Positions 18,218 through 31,226 of a stretch of DNA of 64,000 nucleotides are shown piece after piece. The stretch is taken from assembly GCA_963722735.1 (NCBI GenBank), contig CAVROH010000017.1, forward strand, positions 51,075 to 115,074, written 5' to 3'. Origin of the DNA: an uncultured Chloroflexia bacterium. Lineage in GTDB: Bacteria > Chloroflexota > Anaerolineae > Anaerolineales > UBA11579. Under the pieces are notes generated by a model. The model had not been told where the DNA came from and searched no databases. It saw nothing but the letters and a program-made list of their open reading frames with translations. Every line of letters begins with the position of its first letter. Position 1 is the first letter of the stretch. The position numbers and the translations under genes are program-made.

Positions 18218-21200
18218 TGCCATCAGCCAGCTCTGAACATGCCTCAAATCTCGCCCGATGGCTGGAGGCAACCAATCTCGCTGCTGATTTTATACGCCAT
18301 TCCACCAATACCGAAGACTTTGTCTATCAGGTTTTCAAAAAGCAGGTTGCCCAATTGGGCCTTCGTGGCGGGATTGCCATCTTCAACCTCGAAGACCAGA
18401 AACTCCATTTCAAGTCGATTGCCCAGCCAGGCCGTACCAGCGCTCTGCAACGCTTTGAGAAACTCTTCAATCTCAATGCGGTCGATTATTCAATCGATGT
18501 AGACCAGGTAGACGTTTATCGCCGGGCTTTTCAGGAGGGTGAATCGGTCTTTATTGAAAACACTTCAAAAGTGCTTCCCCAAATGCTGCCATTTTCGGAA
18601 GATAGTCTCCTGGCCCGGCTGGCGGAAAACTTTGGCCGCGATCCGGCCGTCTATCTGCCGCTCTACAATCAGGAGAAGATCATCGGGGTGCTCAATATTG
18701 CCGGCCCTGAACTGACCGCAGATGATCTCCCGGCGCTGACTGTCTTTGCAGGCACAATCTCCGCAGCGTTATCCAATGCCGCCCTTATCAACGATCTTAA
18801 AAAACAGGAATCTTCCTACCGCAGTCTATTTAACAACTTACCCGTTGGCATCTTTCGGACCGATAAAGATGGCCGCTTCATCATGGCAAATCCGGCATTT
18901 TTAGAACAGTTCCGGGTTGCAGATTTTGAACAGATCAGGGGAAAAACCCTGACGAATGCCGGAATTCAACCTGTGCATAAACGTGACAAGATCAATGATA
19001 AGCTCCGCGAGGAAGGCGAGATCATCGGGTATGAATCTGAGTGGATCACCGAGGAAGGGGAGCGTATTTTCTTCAAGGAAAATATAAAGGTAACCTATGA
19101 TGCCCATGGTGAGGTCGCTTATTACGAAGGCTCGGTAGAAGATATCACACAAAGGAAGCAGACCGACCATCTCCTCAAAAAGCAGTTGGACGATATGATG
19201 CTTCTCAACCAGATCGCTGCCACTGGTGCAGGTGCTGATTCCCTGGATGATCTGGTTACCAGCGTGACCGCTTCATCGGTGAACGCCTCTTCCCCGATCA
19301 TTTTGGCGTGATTTTATGGGATGAGGGTCAAGGTATTTTGAAAATGCACCCGTCCTATCGCGGCGTACCTGATGAATTAATGGAATATCATTTCCCCCCC
19401 GATATCGGAATTATCGGCAAAGTGTTTTCCACAGGCAAAGCTGTGATGGTTTCAGATACTTCACTTGATCCTGACTATATCACTCCCGGGATTGAGATGG
19501 GGTCTGAATTATGTGTTCCCATCAAAGCTGGTGAGAGGGTCATCGGTGTGCTCAATGCTGAAAGGAAGGGGACCAACGCTTTCCATATTGAGGACAAGAT
19601 CCTGCTTCAGACCATGGCAGACCAGATTGCCACTGCCCTTGAGAAAGTCACTTCTTTTGAATCCGTAGAAAAACAGGCTATGCAGTTGGCTTTGTTGAAT
19701 GAGGCAGTGCTTACCACCAGCCGGATCCTCGATCCGAATGAATTGATCTATCTGATCGCCACCCAGATCAATGAGATGCTCTCTCCTGATTTCTTCATGC
19801 TAACCCTCTACAATCAGGAAAGACAGGAGCTTGAGGTAGCCGTCTCCACAAGCAATGGTGACATCAACCAGGAGACCAGGGGGATCGTTTTACCTCTTGA
19901 GCAAGGCGGCCTCACCTCACTGGTGATCGAAACCGGGCAGGTGCTGCAGGTCGATGACCTCGAAAACAGCCCTCTGATCGTCGGTATCGAGCAGATGCAG
20001 ACCCGTATGGTCGGCTCCTGGGTGGGTGTTCCGCTGATCTATGGCAAAGTGGTCATCGGTGCTCTGAATGTCCAGTATTACGACAAAATGGTGATCACCG
20101 AGAGATCAGACCCAGTTCCTGGTCTCGTTGGCTTCCCATGCAGCGATTGCCATCACCAATGGCCGGCTTTCGATGATGTCAGCACACGTTTCAGGTTGAG
20201 CAAACAGCTGGCCGGGATCAGCGAATCGTTGAATCGATCGCTTTCCTTTTCCCAGGTGATCCAGAAGTTGGGCAGGGATCTTGTGATCTGCATGAACAAT
20301 TCTGGTGGCATGATCCTTGAAAAGGATCAAGCCGGAAAGTATTCTTGTGTCTGGAACAAAATCTGCAGAGGATTTTATCCAGCATCATATGCAGAAACGA
20401 TCGCGAGTGATCTCGGTTCGCAGTCCTAAACCCTGGATCTGCACTGATGTGGCCAAACTTAAACCAGGATCATCCCCTGCGAGAGTCTTCACTGGAAAAT
20501 AATGTCGGTTCAATCTCCCTCTGGCCGTTGGTCTATGAAGGGCAGACCAATGCTGTGATCGGCTGTGTCAAACCGGCTCCCCATCATTGGGGAGATGTGG
20601 AACGCCAGGCGATGATCACTTTTACCCGCCAGGCAGCTCTTTCCCTGCAAAATGCGCGTCTGCTCGAATCTGAACGCAGCCGGCGAATGGAAGCAGAGGC
20701 TCTATTCAAGACCACGACTGCCCTGACTTCTAATCTGGATCTGGGCAGGGTGCTGAATAATATCTTGGTTGAACTTTACCGTGTGGTTGATTTTTCCAGC
20801 GCCGGGATCCATTTGCTGGACCAGGATATCCTGCGGACTGTTGCTGCCCAGGGGCTGATGATCGATGCCACTGCAGTGATCTGGGCAAGAAGTCCCGATT
20901 GCCCGAAAGATAGTCCTGGATAGGATCACTGAAAAGCCTGACCCGATTGTTGATCGACGATCTTCAGCAAGTTGAGGGGTTCATACCTTCCGGATGCGAT
21001 CGGCTATATCCGCGGTTGGATCGGGGTACCACTGATCGTAGGTGAGCAGGTCATTGGCATGCTGTCGATTGAGAGTGATGAGGTTGCCGGTTTTGAGCCG
21101 ATCCGATGCCCATAAAGCAAGCGGCTTTGCCAACCAGGCTGCGATTGCGATTGAGTCTGCCCGTCTGTTTGGGCAGACCCAGCGACGTTTACAAGTCCTT

Positions 21201-22310
21201 CAGGCCATCCATACCATTGACCAGGCGATCTCCCGCAGCCTGGATCTTTCTCTGACCTTTGATGTCCTCCTGGAGCAAGCCCTGAACCTTCTGAATGTCG
21301 ATCTGGTGCGGATTTTCTCCTTTGAACCGAAGCCCGCATCTTTGAGTTGGTAGCAGAGAAAAGTTATCTCTCGCCAAACCCTGTCAGCAAGACCGGTTTG
21401 TTCAACCTGCTGATGCCTGGGAGGCTGTCAATACCCGCCAGATAGTGCATACCGAGATCGAGAACTCCAGTTGGCGGTATTTCCCTGCCATATTCAAGCG
21501 GATACACCTGTGCGCCCTCTGGTCACTCGCGGGTATGATTCGCGGGCGTAATCGAGATTTTCCACAGTGAAAAATTCAGACCCAATGATGAATGGACCGA
21601 TCTGCTCAACACACTCTCTACGCAGGCGGCGATTGCCATTGAGAATGATGATCTGCTTACCAGTCTCAAACGATCGAATGAGGAGCTTGTTTCTGCCTAC
21701 GACCGCACCCTGGAGGGTTGGGCTTACGCCCTGGAGCTGCGAGACCGGGAGACCATTGGTCACTCCCGCCGGGTGACAGAACTGACCATGCGGCCTGGCC
21801 AAGACGCTTGGGATCAGCGGTACCGAACTGGCCAACATCCGCCGCGGCACTTTGCTCCATGATATTGGCAAGATGGGTTTGCCGGATAGCGTGCTGCTCA
21901 AGAAAGGCCCGTCTGACCAAGGAAGAAGAAGTACAGATGCAAACGCATCCCCATCTGGCTTATGAGATGTTGAGCCGATTCCTTATCTGCGAGCTGCTCT
22001 GGATATTCCCTACTATCACCATGAAAAATGGGATGGCAGCGGATATCCGCACGGCTTGAAGGGGGAGAATATTCCCCTGGCAGCCCGGATCTTCTCTGTG
22101 GTCGATGTCTGGGATGCCGTTGTCTTCGATCGTCCCTACCGTGAGGCCTGGACCAAAAAGGACGCATACGAGTATATTAAGGAGCAGTCCGGCAGTCATT
22201 TCGATCCCAGGATTGTTGAGATCTTCCTCGAGATCATCAAAGAAGACCTCACCGAAACTGGCGATGCTGCCATCGAAATGAATAAGAATTCACCATATCC
22301 AAATTATTGA
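18217..22310 (+). pseudogene. GAF-PAS-(GAF)n-HD-GYP c-di-GMP phosphodiesterase-type sensor, about 1360 aa; >=8 frame changes
   Basis: Fragments 18217-19311, 19308-20429, 20447-20923, 21042-21353, 21718-22059 and 22056-22310, plus unlisted pieces, join by sequence continuity. For example, ..SLDDL|..RDRFIGERLFPDHFGVILWDE joins at about 19260. The PAS domain shows SYRSLFNNLPVGIFRTDKDGRFIMANPAF. The HD motif is LLHDIGKMG. At about 22010-22060, CTGGATATTCCCTACTATCACCATGAAAAATGGGATGGCAGCGGATATCCG = LDIPYYHHEKWDGSGYP. The ATG overlaps the upstream stop (TGATG). Confidence 0.8.
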
Positions 22311-22318
22311 AAGGAACC

Positions 22319-22639
22319 ATGATGAGCGAATATAAATTGATCGAAAATATGCTTGAGAAAACACCTGAGATCCCTGGTGACAGTATCCTGAGCCAGACGC
22401 TTTATCAGGGACAGGATGCCCGGGTGATCCTGTTCCAGTTTGCCCCCGGGCAGGAACTCTCCGAGCATACTGCTGCCAAACCAGCCATGCTGCATTTCCT
22501 GGAGGGCGAGGCGGTCCTTACCCTCGGCGAAGATGAATCGGATGTGGGCAAGAATGCCTTTGTCCACATGCCGGCAAATCTATCCCATAGCATTGTTGCC
22601 AAGACGGCTGTCTCTATGCTGTTGATCCTACTTGGGTAA
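22319..22639 (+). CDS. cupin domain-containing protein
   Basis: ORF 22307-22639; ATG at 22319 after AAAGGA. ARVILFQFAPGQELSEHTAAKPAMLHFLEGEAVLTLGEDE...FVHMPANLSHSI matches the cupin motif pair G(X)5H..E and ..P....H. Confidence 0.65.
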   Translation: MMSEYKLIENMLEKTPEIPGDSILSQTLYQGQDARVILFQFAPGQELSEHTAAKPAMLHFLEGEAVLTLGEDESDVGKNAFVHMPANLSHSIVAKTAVSMLLILLG

Positions 22640-22674
22640 ATCCTGAAGGCTGTTAAACATAAAAGGAAATATTT

Positions 22675-24774
22675 ATGCGTGAGATCTTTTATCCCCAGAG
22701 CGTTGCCGTGATCGGTGTTTCTGCCAAGCCAGATAACCTCGGCAGGAACATTGTCGGCAATCTGGTTGAGTATGGGTTTGCCGGCGTGGTGTATGCCGTC
22801 GGCCCCAGCGGTGGACTGATCGAGACCCGCCGGATCTATCCCACCGTCACCGATATCCCCGACAAGGTTGACCTGGCTGTGATCATGACCCCGGCCCGAA
22901 GACTGTGCCGGGGATTCTGGAGCAGTGCGGCGAAAAAGGTGTCCGCTGGGCGATCATCGAGTCCGCTGGGTTCCGGGAATTTGGCGAAGAAGGCAAAAAA
23001 CTGGAAGACAAAATGGTTGAGGTCGCCGAGCGTTACGGCATCCGTTTTGTCGGGCCAAACTGCATCGGGGTCATCAGTATGGAAAATGGCTTCTGTGTTC
23101 CCTTCCCGCGGCTGCATAAATTCATCAAGGATGGCTCGTGTCTCGATGATCTCCCAGAGCGGTGGCGTGGGGATGTCTGTGCTTAACTTGATGACCAATG
23201 AAGGCATCGGGCTGAACAAGTTCGTTTCGGCTGGAAATATGCTCAATATCGGGGCGGTGGAACTGCTTGAATACCTGATCGGAGACCCGGGGACGGGATT
23301 GATCTTCCTCTATCTGGAAAGCATCCAGGATGGGCGCTCTCTGATGGAGGTCGCCAGGAGATCCAAAAAGCCGATCCTGGCGTTCAAATCCAATATCGGG
23401 CGTCTGGGCAATCAGATCGCCCTCTCGCACACTGCCTCACTGACCAGCGATGATAAGGTGGTGGATGCCGCCTTCGAGCAGGCTGGCATCATGCGGATCC
23501 ACGATGCCACTTCGCTAGGTAATTCGATGAAGATCCTTGAACTGCCGGTGATGAAAGGCAAGAACCTGGCGATCATCTCCCGATCCGGGGGCCATGCGAT
23601 CATCGCCGCCGATTCCTGCGAGCTTTCCGGTTTCGAACTCACTGACCTGCCGGATAGTTTCCTCCACGAGATAGAAAAGCATTTTCGCGCCTCGGTGATC
23701 AATCTCACCAACCCGCTGGATCTGGGGGACCTGTTCGATCTCTCGGTGTACGCCGAGATCGTGGAGAAGACCCTCCAACTGGATTCTGTGGACGGGGTGG
23801 TCTTCCTGCACACAGCCATCTCGGCGGCGGAGAACGAGGCCAGCCGGGAATTACTGGAGCATATCATGCGGGCAGTCAAGAAATATGATAAACCCGTCGC
23901 CTACTACATTTCCGCTTCGGCCCAGGAGGTCAGCTACCAGAAACAAAATTACGATTTCCCCATCTTCACCCAGGTGGTCGAAACCATCCGCGCTCTGGAA
24001 TTGAACCAGAAATACTGCAAGATCTCCCGCCGGCTTCAGGAAGGTGAGGTAATCGAGCATTTCCCGGTGGACGAAGCCCCGGTTCTGGAGATAATCCACT
24101 CCGCCCAGGCAGAAAGCCGCGACCTGCTTCTCTCGGAGGCGATCAAGGTGCTCGATCTTTACGGTATTCCCACAGCCAAGTGCGCCGTGGCTAATTCTGC
24201 TGAGGAAGTCATCCAGTTTGCCGAGGAATACGGCTACCCGGTGGCTTTTAAGATCATTGCCGACCAGATCTCGCACAAATCCGATGTCGGCGGCGTACAG
24301 CTCAACCTGCGCACCCCCGGAGCAGTCAAAGATGCCTACAGCGAGATGAAATCCCGGATAAACAAGTTGTATCCCGGTGAAGATCTCGGTACTGTACTTG
24401 TCCAGCCGATGGTTGATGGCGGGCGCGAGATGATCCTCGGCGGCAGGCAGGATCCCCAGTTCGGCCCGGTAGTGATGGCCGGCCTCGGCGGCATCTTTGT
24501 AGAGATACTGGAGGAGACTTCTGTGCGCGTTGCCCCGATCTCACGCCGCATTGCCGAGGAGATGATTTCCGATCTGCGCGGCTCTGCGATTCTGCGCGGC
24601 GCCCGCGGCAGCCTCCCTCTGGATGTGGAAGCACTGATCGATTCCCTGCTGCGTCTCTCCCAACTGCTCTCAGACTTCCCCCAGATTGCCGAGTTGGACA
24701 TCAATCCGCTGCGAGTCCTCCCCGAGGGCGAAGGCTGCCTCGCCCTGGATGCCCGCATCATTCTGGAGAAGTAG
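22675..24774 (+). CDS. ADP-forming acetyl-CoA synthetase / acetate--CoA ligase family protein (CoA-binding + ATP-grasp fusion)
   Basis: A 699-aa ORF with PQSVAVIGVSAKPDNLGRNI (CoA-binding), SQSGG and a C-terminal ATP-grasp domain. Residues encoded by about 22897-23131 are out of frame. The correct reading (TVPGILEQCGEKGVRWAIIESAGFREFGEEGKKLE...GPNCIGVIS) is in ORF 22905-23186. This is a compensating indel pair, and the wrong frame happens to stay open. Confidence 0.85.
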   Translation: MREIFYPQSVAVIGVSAKPDNLGRNIVGNLVEYGFAGVVYAVGPSGGLIETRRIYPTVTDIPDKVDLAVIMTPARRLCRGFWSSAAKKVSAGRSSSPLGSGNLAKKAKNWKTKWLRSPSVTASVLSGQTASGSSVWKMASVFPSRGCINSSRMARVSMISQSGGVGMSVLNLMTNEGIGLNKFVSAGNMLNIGAVELLEYLIGDPGTGLIFLYLESIQDGRSLMEVARRSKKPILAFKSNIGRLGNQIALSHTASLTSDDKVVDAAFEQAGIMRIHDATSLGNSMKILELPVMKGKNLAIISRSGGHAIIAADSCELSGFELTDLPDSFLHEIEKHFRASVINLTNPLDLGDLFDLSVYAEIVEKTLQLDSVDGVVFLHTAISAAENEASRELLEHIMRAVKKYDKPVAYYISASAQEVSYQKQNYDFPIFTQVVETIRALELNQKYCKISRRLQEGEVIEHFPVDEAPVLEIIHSAQAESRDLLLSEAIKVLDLYGIPTAKCAVANSAEEVIQFAEEYGYPVAFKIIADQISHKSDVGGVQLNLRTPGAVKDAYSEMKSRINKLYPGEDLGTVLVQPMVDGGREMILGGRQDPQFGPVVMAGLGGIFVEILEETSVRVAPISRRIAEEMISDLRGSAILRGARGSLPLDVEALIDSLLRLSQLLSDFPQIAELDINPLRVLPEGEGCLALDARIILEK

Positions 24775-25067
24775 ACAGTAGGCAGTAAGTAGTAGATAGT
24801 TGAAATGTCTCGTCCTGAAATAGGATTAAAAGAAAAAACATAAGATAGGACAGACAAAAATGGAAAAAGTAGTGATCATGAGGTAAGGTAAAGCATTCGA
24901 GCAGCAGATCGTGGTTGTCTTTGAAAAGGGGGAAAGTGGGGATTGGGGTTGGTTTTTTCCTGGTCCCTTACTGCCTCGGTGCATGATTGTTGGATCTCCA
25001 CGTAACATAAATTCCCCTGGTGTTGTCGGATTATTATTCCTACCAACCAAGCTTCAGGAATCATTTT

Positions 25068-26132
25068 ATGGAACCATTTACACCAGGGGTCATCATCTTA
25101 CTGGGATCTGGGGAAACCCTTCCATCCAGCGGCAAGGCGCATGAATATGCCGCCCGCCGCATGCCGCCCGATCCCCAGATTGCCATTTTGGAAACCCCGG
25201 CTGGTTTTGAACTCAACGCCGACCGGGTCGCTGGTAAGATCAAAGACTTTTTAGAAGTTCGCCTGACCAACTACAATCCGCATATCTTTCAGGTGCCCGC
25301 CCGCAAAAAAGACACCGAGTTCAGCCCGGACGACCCCGAAATTGTCACTCCACTCTATCAAGCTGATGAGATCCTCCTTGGACCCGGCAGCCCGACCTAC
25401 GCCGTCCGCCAGCTGCAGGATTCTCTGGCTTACGAGATCATCAATGCCCGCATTCAGATGGGAGCAGCACTGGTGCTCTCCAGCGCGGCCACCTTAGCCT
25501 TTGGCCGTTTCACCATTCCAGTCTATGAGATATTCAAGGTTGGGGAGGAGATTCATTGGAAGGACGGGCTTGATTTCTTCGGAGCCTTCAACTTGCCGCT
25601 TTCCATCGTCCCGCATTGGAATAACAACGATGGCGGAGATGAGGTCGACACCAGCCGCTGCTATATTGGCAGGACGCGGTTCGATGCCCTCTTTGAGCTG
25701 CTCCCTAAGGATCAGGTATTCCTCGGGATCGATGACCACACTTCGATTGCAATTGATCTTGATACCCGCAACTGTCAGGTGATGGGTAACGGCCGCGTCA
25801 CCGTGCTGAAGACCGGCGAGGAATATATTTTCGCCTCCGGGCAGAATTTCGACCTCAGTCTGATCGGGGACCCGTTCATCCCGAATGCGGGGGCGGGCAT
25901 TGATCCAGATGTGTGGGCACAGGCAGTCGCTGCTCATCAGCAGCGCCATACGCAGGCTGCCCAGGCACCGCCTCCTCCGCCCGAAGATGTCATCGCCCTG
26001 GTAACAGAACGGGAGACCGCCCGCGCCGGGGAGGACTGGTTTGCCTCCGATGAACTGCGTGAGGAAATTGCCTCCCTTGGCTGGCAGGTCAACGATACCC
26101 TGGATGGCCCGGAACTGCTTCCCCTGGATTAA
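25068..26132 (+). CDS. hypothetical protein; N-terminal class-I glutamine-amidotransferase/peptidase-S51-like region (tentative) with a CysRS-C-terminus-like tail
   Basis: ORF 25020-26132; start MEPFTPGVIILLGSGE at 25068. GPGSPTYAV...LVLSSAATLAFG resembles S51/cyanophycinase-like folds. The last ~45 aa, RETARAGEDWFASDELREEIASLGWQVNDTLDGPEL, follow the R..AR..DW..AD.IR..L...G..v.D pattern of the CysRS C-terminus. Confidence 0.45.
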   Translation: MEPFTPGVIILLGSGETLPSSGKAHEYAARRMPPDPQIAILETPAGFELNADRVAGKIKDFLEVRLTNYNPHIFQVPARKKDTEFSPDDPEIVTPLYQADEILLGPGSPTYAVRQLQDSLAYEIINARIQMGAALVLSSAATLAFGRFTIPVYEIFKVGEEIHWKDGLDFFGAFNLPLSIVPHWNNNDGGDEVDTSRCYIGRTRFDALFELLPKDQVFLGIDDHTSIAIDLDTRNCQVMGNGRVTVLKTGEEYIFASGQNFDLSLIGDPFIPNAGAGIDPDVWAQAVAAHQQRHTQAAQAPPPPPEDVIALVTERETARAGEDWFASDELREEIASLGWQVNDTLDGPELLPLD

Positions 26133-26135
26133 CCC

Positions 26136-26993
26136 ATGACTCAACCAGAAGACAAAAATATCCAGCTTGATCAGGTTCGCCTGCACCTCCGGGTCTGGCA
26201 CCCACCGGTGCAGGATCCAGAACGGCCGGTTTTCCTGCTGCTGCACGGACTATCCAGCAATGCCCGCACCTGGGATCTGGTCGCTCTCAAACTAGCCGCC
26301 GCCGGATACTCCGCGATTGCCGTGGACCAGCGCGGCCATGGAAGAAGTGGAAAACCCAGCCACGGATACGATTTCGCAACCATCACAGCGGACCTGGCTC
26401 AACTGGTGCGTGCCCTGGGATTGGAACGTCCCATACTGGTGGGGCAGTCCTGGGGCGGGAATGTGGTCCTCGAAGCTGGGGTGCGCTATCCGGATCTGGC
26501 CCGCGGACTAGTTTTCGTGGATGGCGGGTTCATTCGTCTTTCTGCCCGCGGACCATGGGAGGAGGTCTCCAAGCAGCTCCTGCCCCCTGATCTGGGGGGA
26601 ATGCTCAAGGTTGATCTGGCTAACCGGATCGCTGCCATGCATCCCAAATGGGTCCCGGAGGGTGTCGAGATGACCCTCGGAAACTTTGAGCTGTTTCGAG
26701 ATGGCACTATTTATCCCTGGCTGTCGCTTGATGACCACATGACTATCCTGCGCGCCTTATACGATCAGGATGTCACCGCCTTATTCCCTAAGGTCTCCGT
26801 TCCGGTACTGATCTGCCCTGCTGGCGATGACGGCGAGATGTCTGTTAAAAAACGTAAATGGGTGGAGTCCGCTGCTGCTGCTATCCCTGATGCCCGTGTC
26901 CACTGGTTTGAGGACACTGCCCACGATATCCATGTCGATCGCCCGGATGAATTATCCGCCGAGTTGATCGAATTTGCCGCTCAACTCACCTGA
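26136..26993 (+). CDS. alpha/beta hydrolase
   Basis: HGLSSNARTWD, nucleophile elbow GQSWGG and a C-terminal TAHDIHVDRPDE (catalytic His). Confidence 0.8.
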   Translation: MTQPEDKNIQLDQVRLHLRVWHPPVQDPERPVFLLLHGLSSNARTWDLVALKLAAAGYSAIAVDQRGHGRSGKPSHGYDFATITADLAQLVRALGLERPILVGQSWGGNVVLEAGVRYPDLARGLVFVDGGFIRLSARGPWEEVSKQLLPPDLGGMLKVDLANRIAAMHPKWVPEGVEMTLGNFELFRDGTIYPWLSLDDHMTILRALYDQDVTALFPKVSVPVLICPAGDDGEMSVKKRKWVESAAAAIPDARVHWFEDTAHDIHVDRPDELSAELIEFAAQLT

Positions 26994-27108
26994 TACCCGT
27001 TTGCTACTTTTTTTACAGCGTAACGTATAGCTAACTGTAGGGTTTCTAGACCTATATTCCCAGTTATTCCAGTCGAATAAGGAAAATTACTAATAAGGAA
27101 GCCAGCTT

Positions 27109-27798
27109 ATGAAGTTATTGCATATGCAGCAAGAGGTCAAGTGGTCCAATGAGAGCCAGTTCCTCAAAGCCAGGGAAGGGCTGTATTATTGGGCCGGGAT
27201 CGCCATCCTGAACCAGTTTGCCAGGATGCGCCTGGTGCTGGATGTCCAGGCTAGCGGTCCAATCCCCTCCGGACCAAAGATCTTTGCCGGCAACCATCCC
27301 ACTACCACCGATCCGTTTTATTTGCTTACCGTCCTGCCAGAAAAGACCCGCATCATGGTCAATGCCGATATCTTCAAGAAACCCTTCCTGGGAGGATTGT
27401 TCCGCCGCTCCGGACATATCCCTGTGGATAAGCGTGATGGGATTCATGCCCTCAATGCCGGCGTTGCTGCCCTCAATCGCGGCGAGAACCTCGGTATCTT
27501 CCCGGAAGGCGGTCTCAGCGACATCAAAGACGGGATCAAGGTCAATAAGCTCAAGACTGGTGCCGTGCGGATGGCCCTGCAGACGGGCGTGCCGATCATC
27601 CCGGTGGGCTTCCATATGCCGATTGAAGGGATGACCAATAAATATGTCAAGGTCGGGGGGGAAAGGGTGATCTCCCGTTTCTTCCTGCGCGGGCGGTATG
27701 CGATCACCCTCGGCCAGCCTTTTTGGGCTTCGGGTGATGTTGAAGACCGCCCCCTGGTAGGTTCTCTCAGTGAAGATCTGCGTGAGCGCGATTTTTAA
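27109..27798 (+). CDS. plsC: 1-acyl-sn-glycerol-3-phosphate (lysophospholipid) acyltransferase
   Basis: HX4D motif AGNHPTTTDPF, plus FPEGG and a PIIPVG block. AAGGAAG RBS upstream. Confidence 0.8.
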   Translation: MKLLHMQQEVKWSNESQFLKAREGLYYWAGIAILNQFARMRLVLDVQASGPIPSGPKIFAGNHPTTTDPFYLLTVLPEKTRIMVNADIFKKPFLGGLFRRSGHIPVDKRDGIHALNAGVAALNRGENLGIFPEGGLSDIKDGIKVNKLKTGAVRMALQTGVPIIPVGFHMPIEGMTNKYVKVGGERVISRFFLRGRYAITLGQPFWASGDVEDRPLVGSLSEDLRERDF

Positions 27799-27946
27799 TC
27801 TCAGCCAGTTGGGTGCATTGCGCCTCAGGAATAACCATCCACTGAATAAATCGAAACGAAAAAAGAAAAAGAAATCCATCCCTGTCAATAGTGGGATGTG
27901 AGGACAGTTGCCAGTTGTTTGTAGCCAGTTGACAGTAGGGGATAGA

Positions 27947-31078
<3,132 letters not shown>

Positions 31079-31226
31079 CGGATTTCCTGGGTCTAGGCGA
31101 TGATACCATTATAGCAAATCTAGCCTGGTTTGATAGTTATTGGTGCCTGCATACGTCAATGATTGTGTCTCTCCATTCGTTGCACTAAATTCTTGAATCC
31201 AAGGATCGAATAATCATCCGATCAAA

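Noticed and set aside
24921-24958. G-run cluster GGGGG-aaagt-GGGG-att-GGGG-tt-GG, considered as a G-quadruplex
   Set aside because: It has only three runs of three or more Gs plus a GG, so it does not meet the four-tract criterion. I treat it instead as part of the shared purine-rich spacer motif.
27115-27888. 257-aa ORF antisense to plsC
   Set aside because: The sense strand carries the HX4D and FPEGG acyltransferase motifs. The antisense product is low-complexity.
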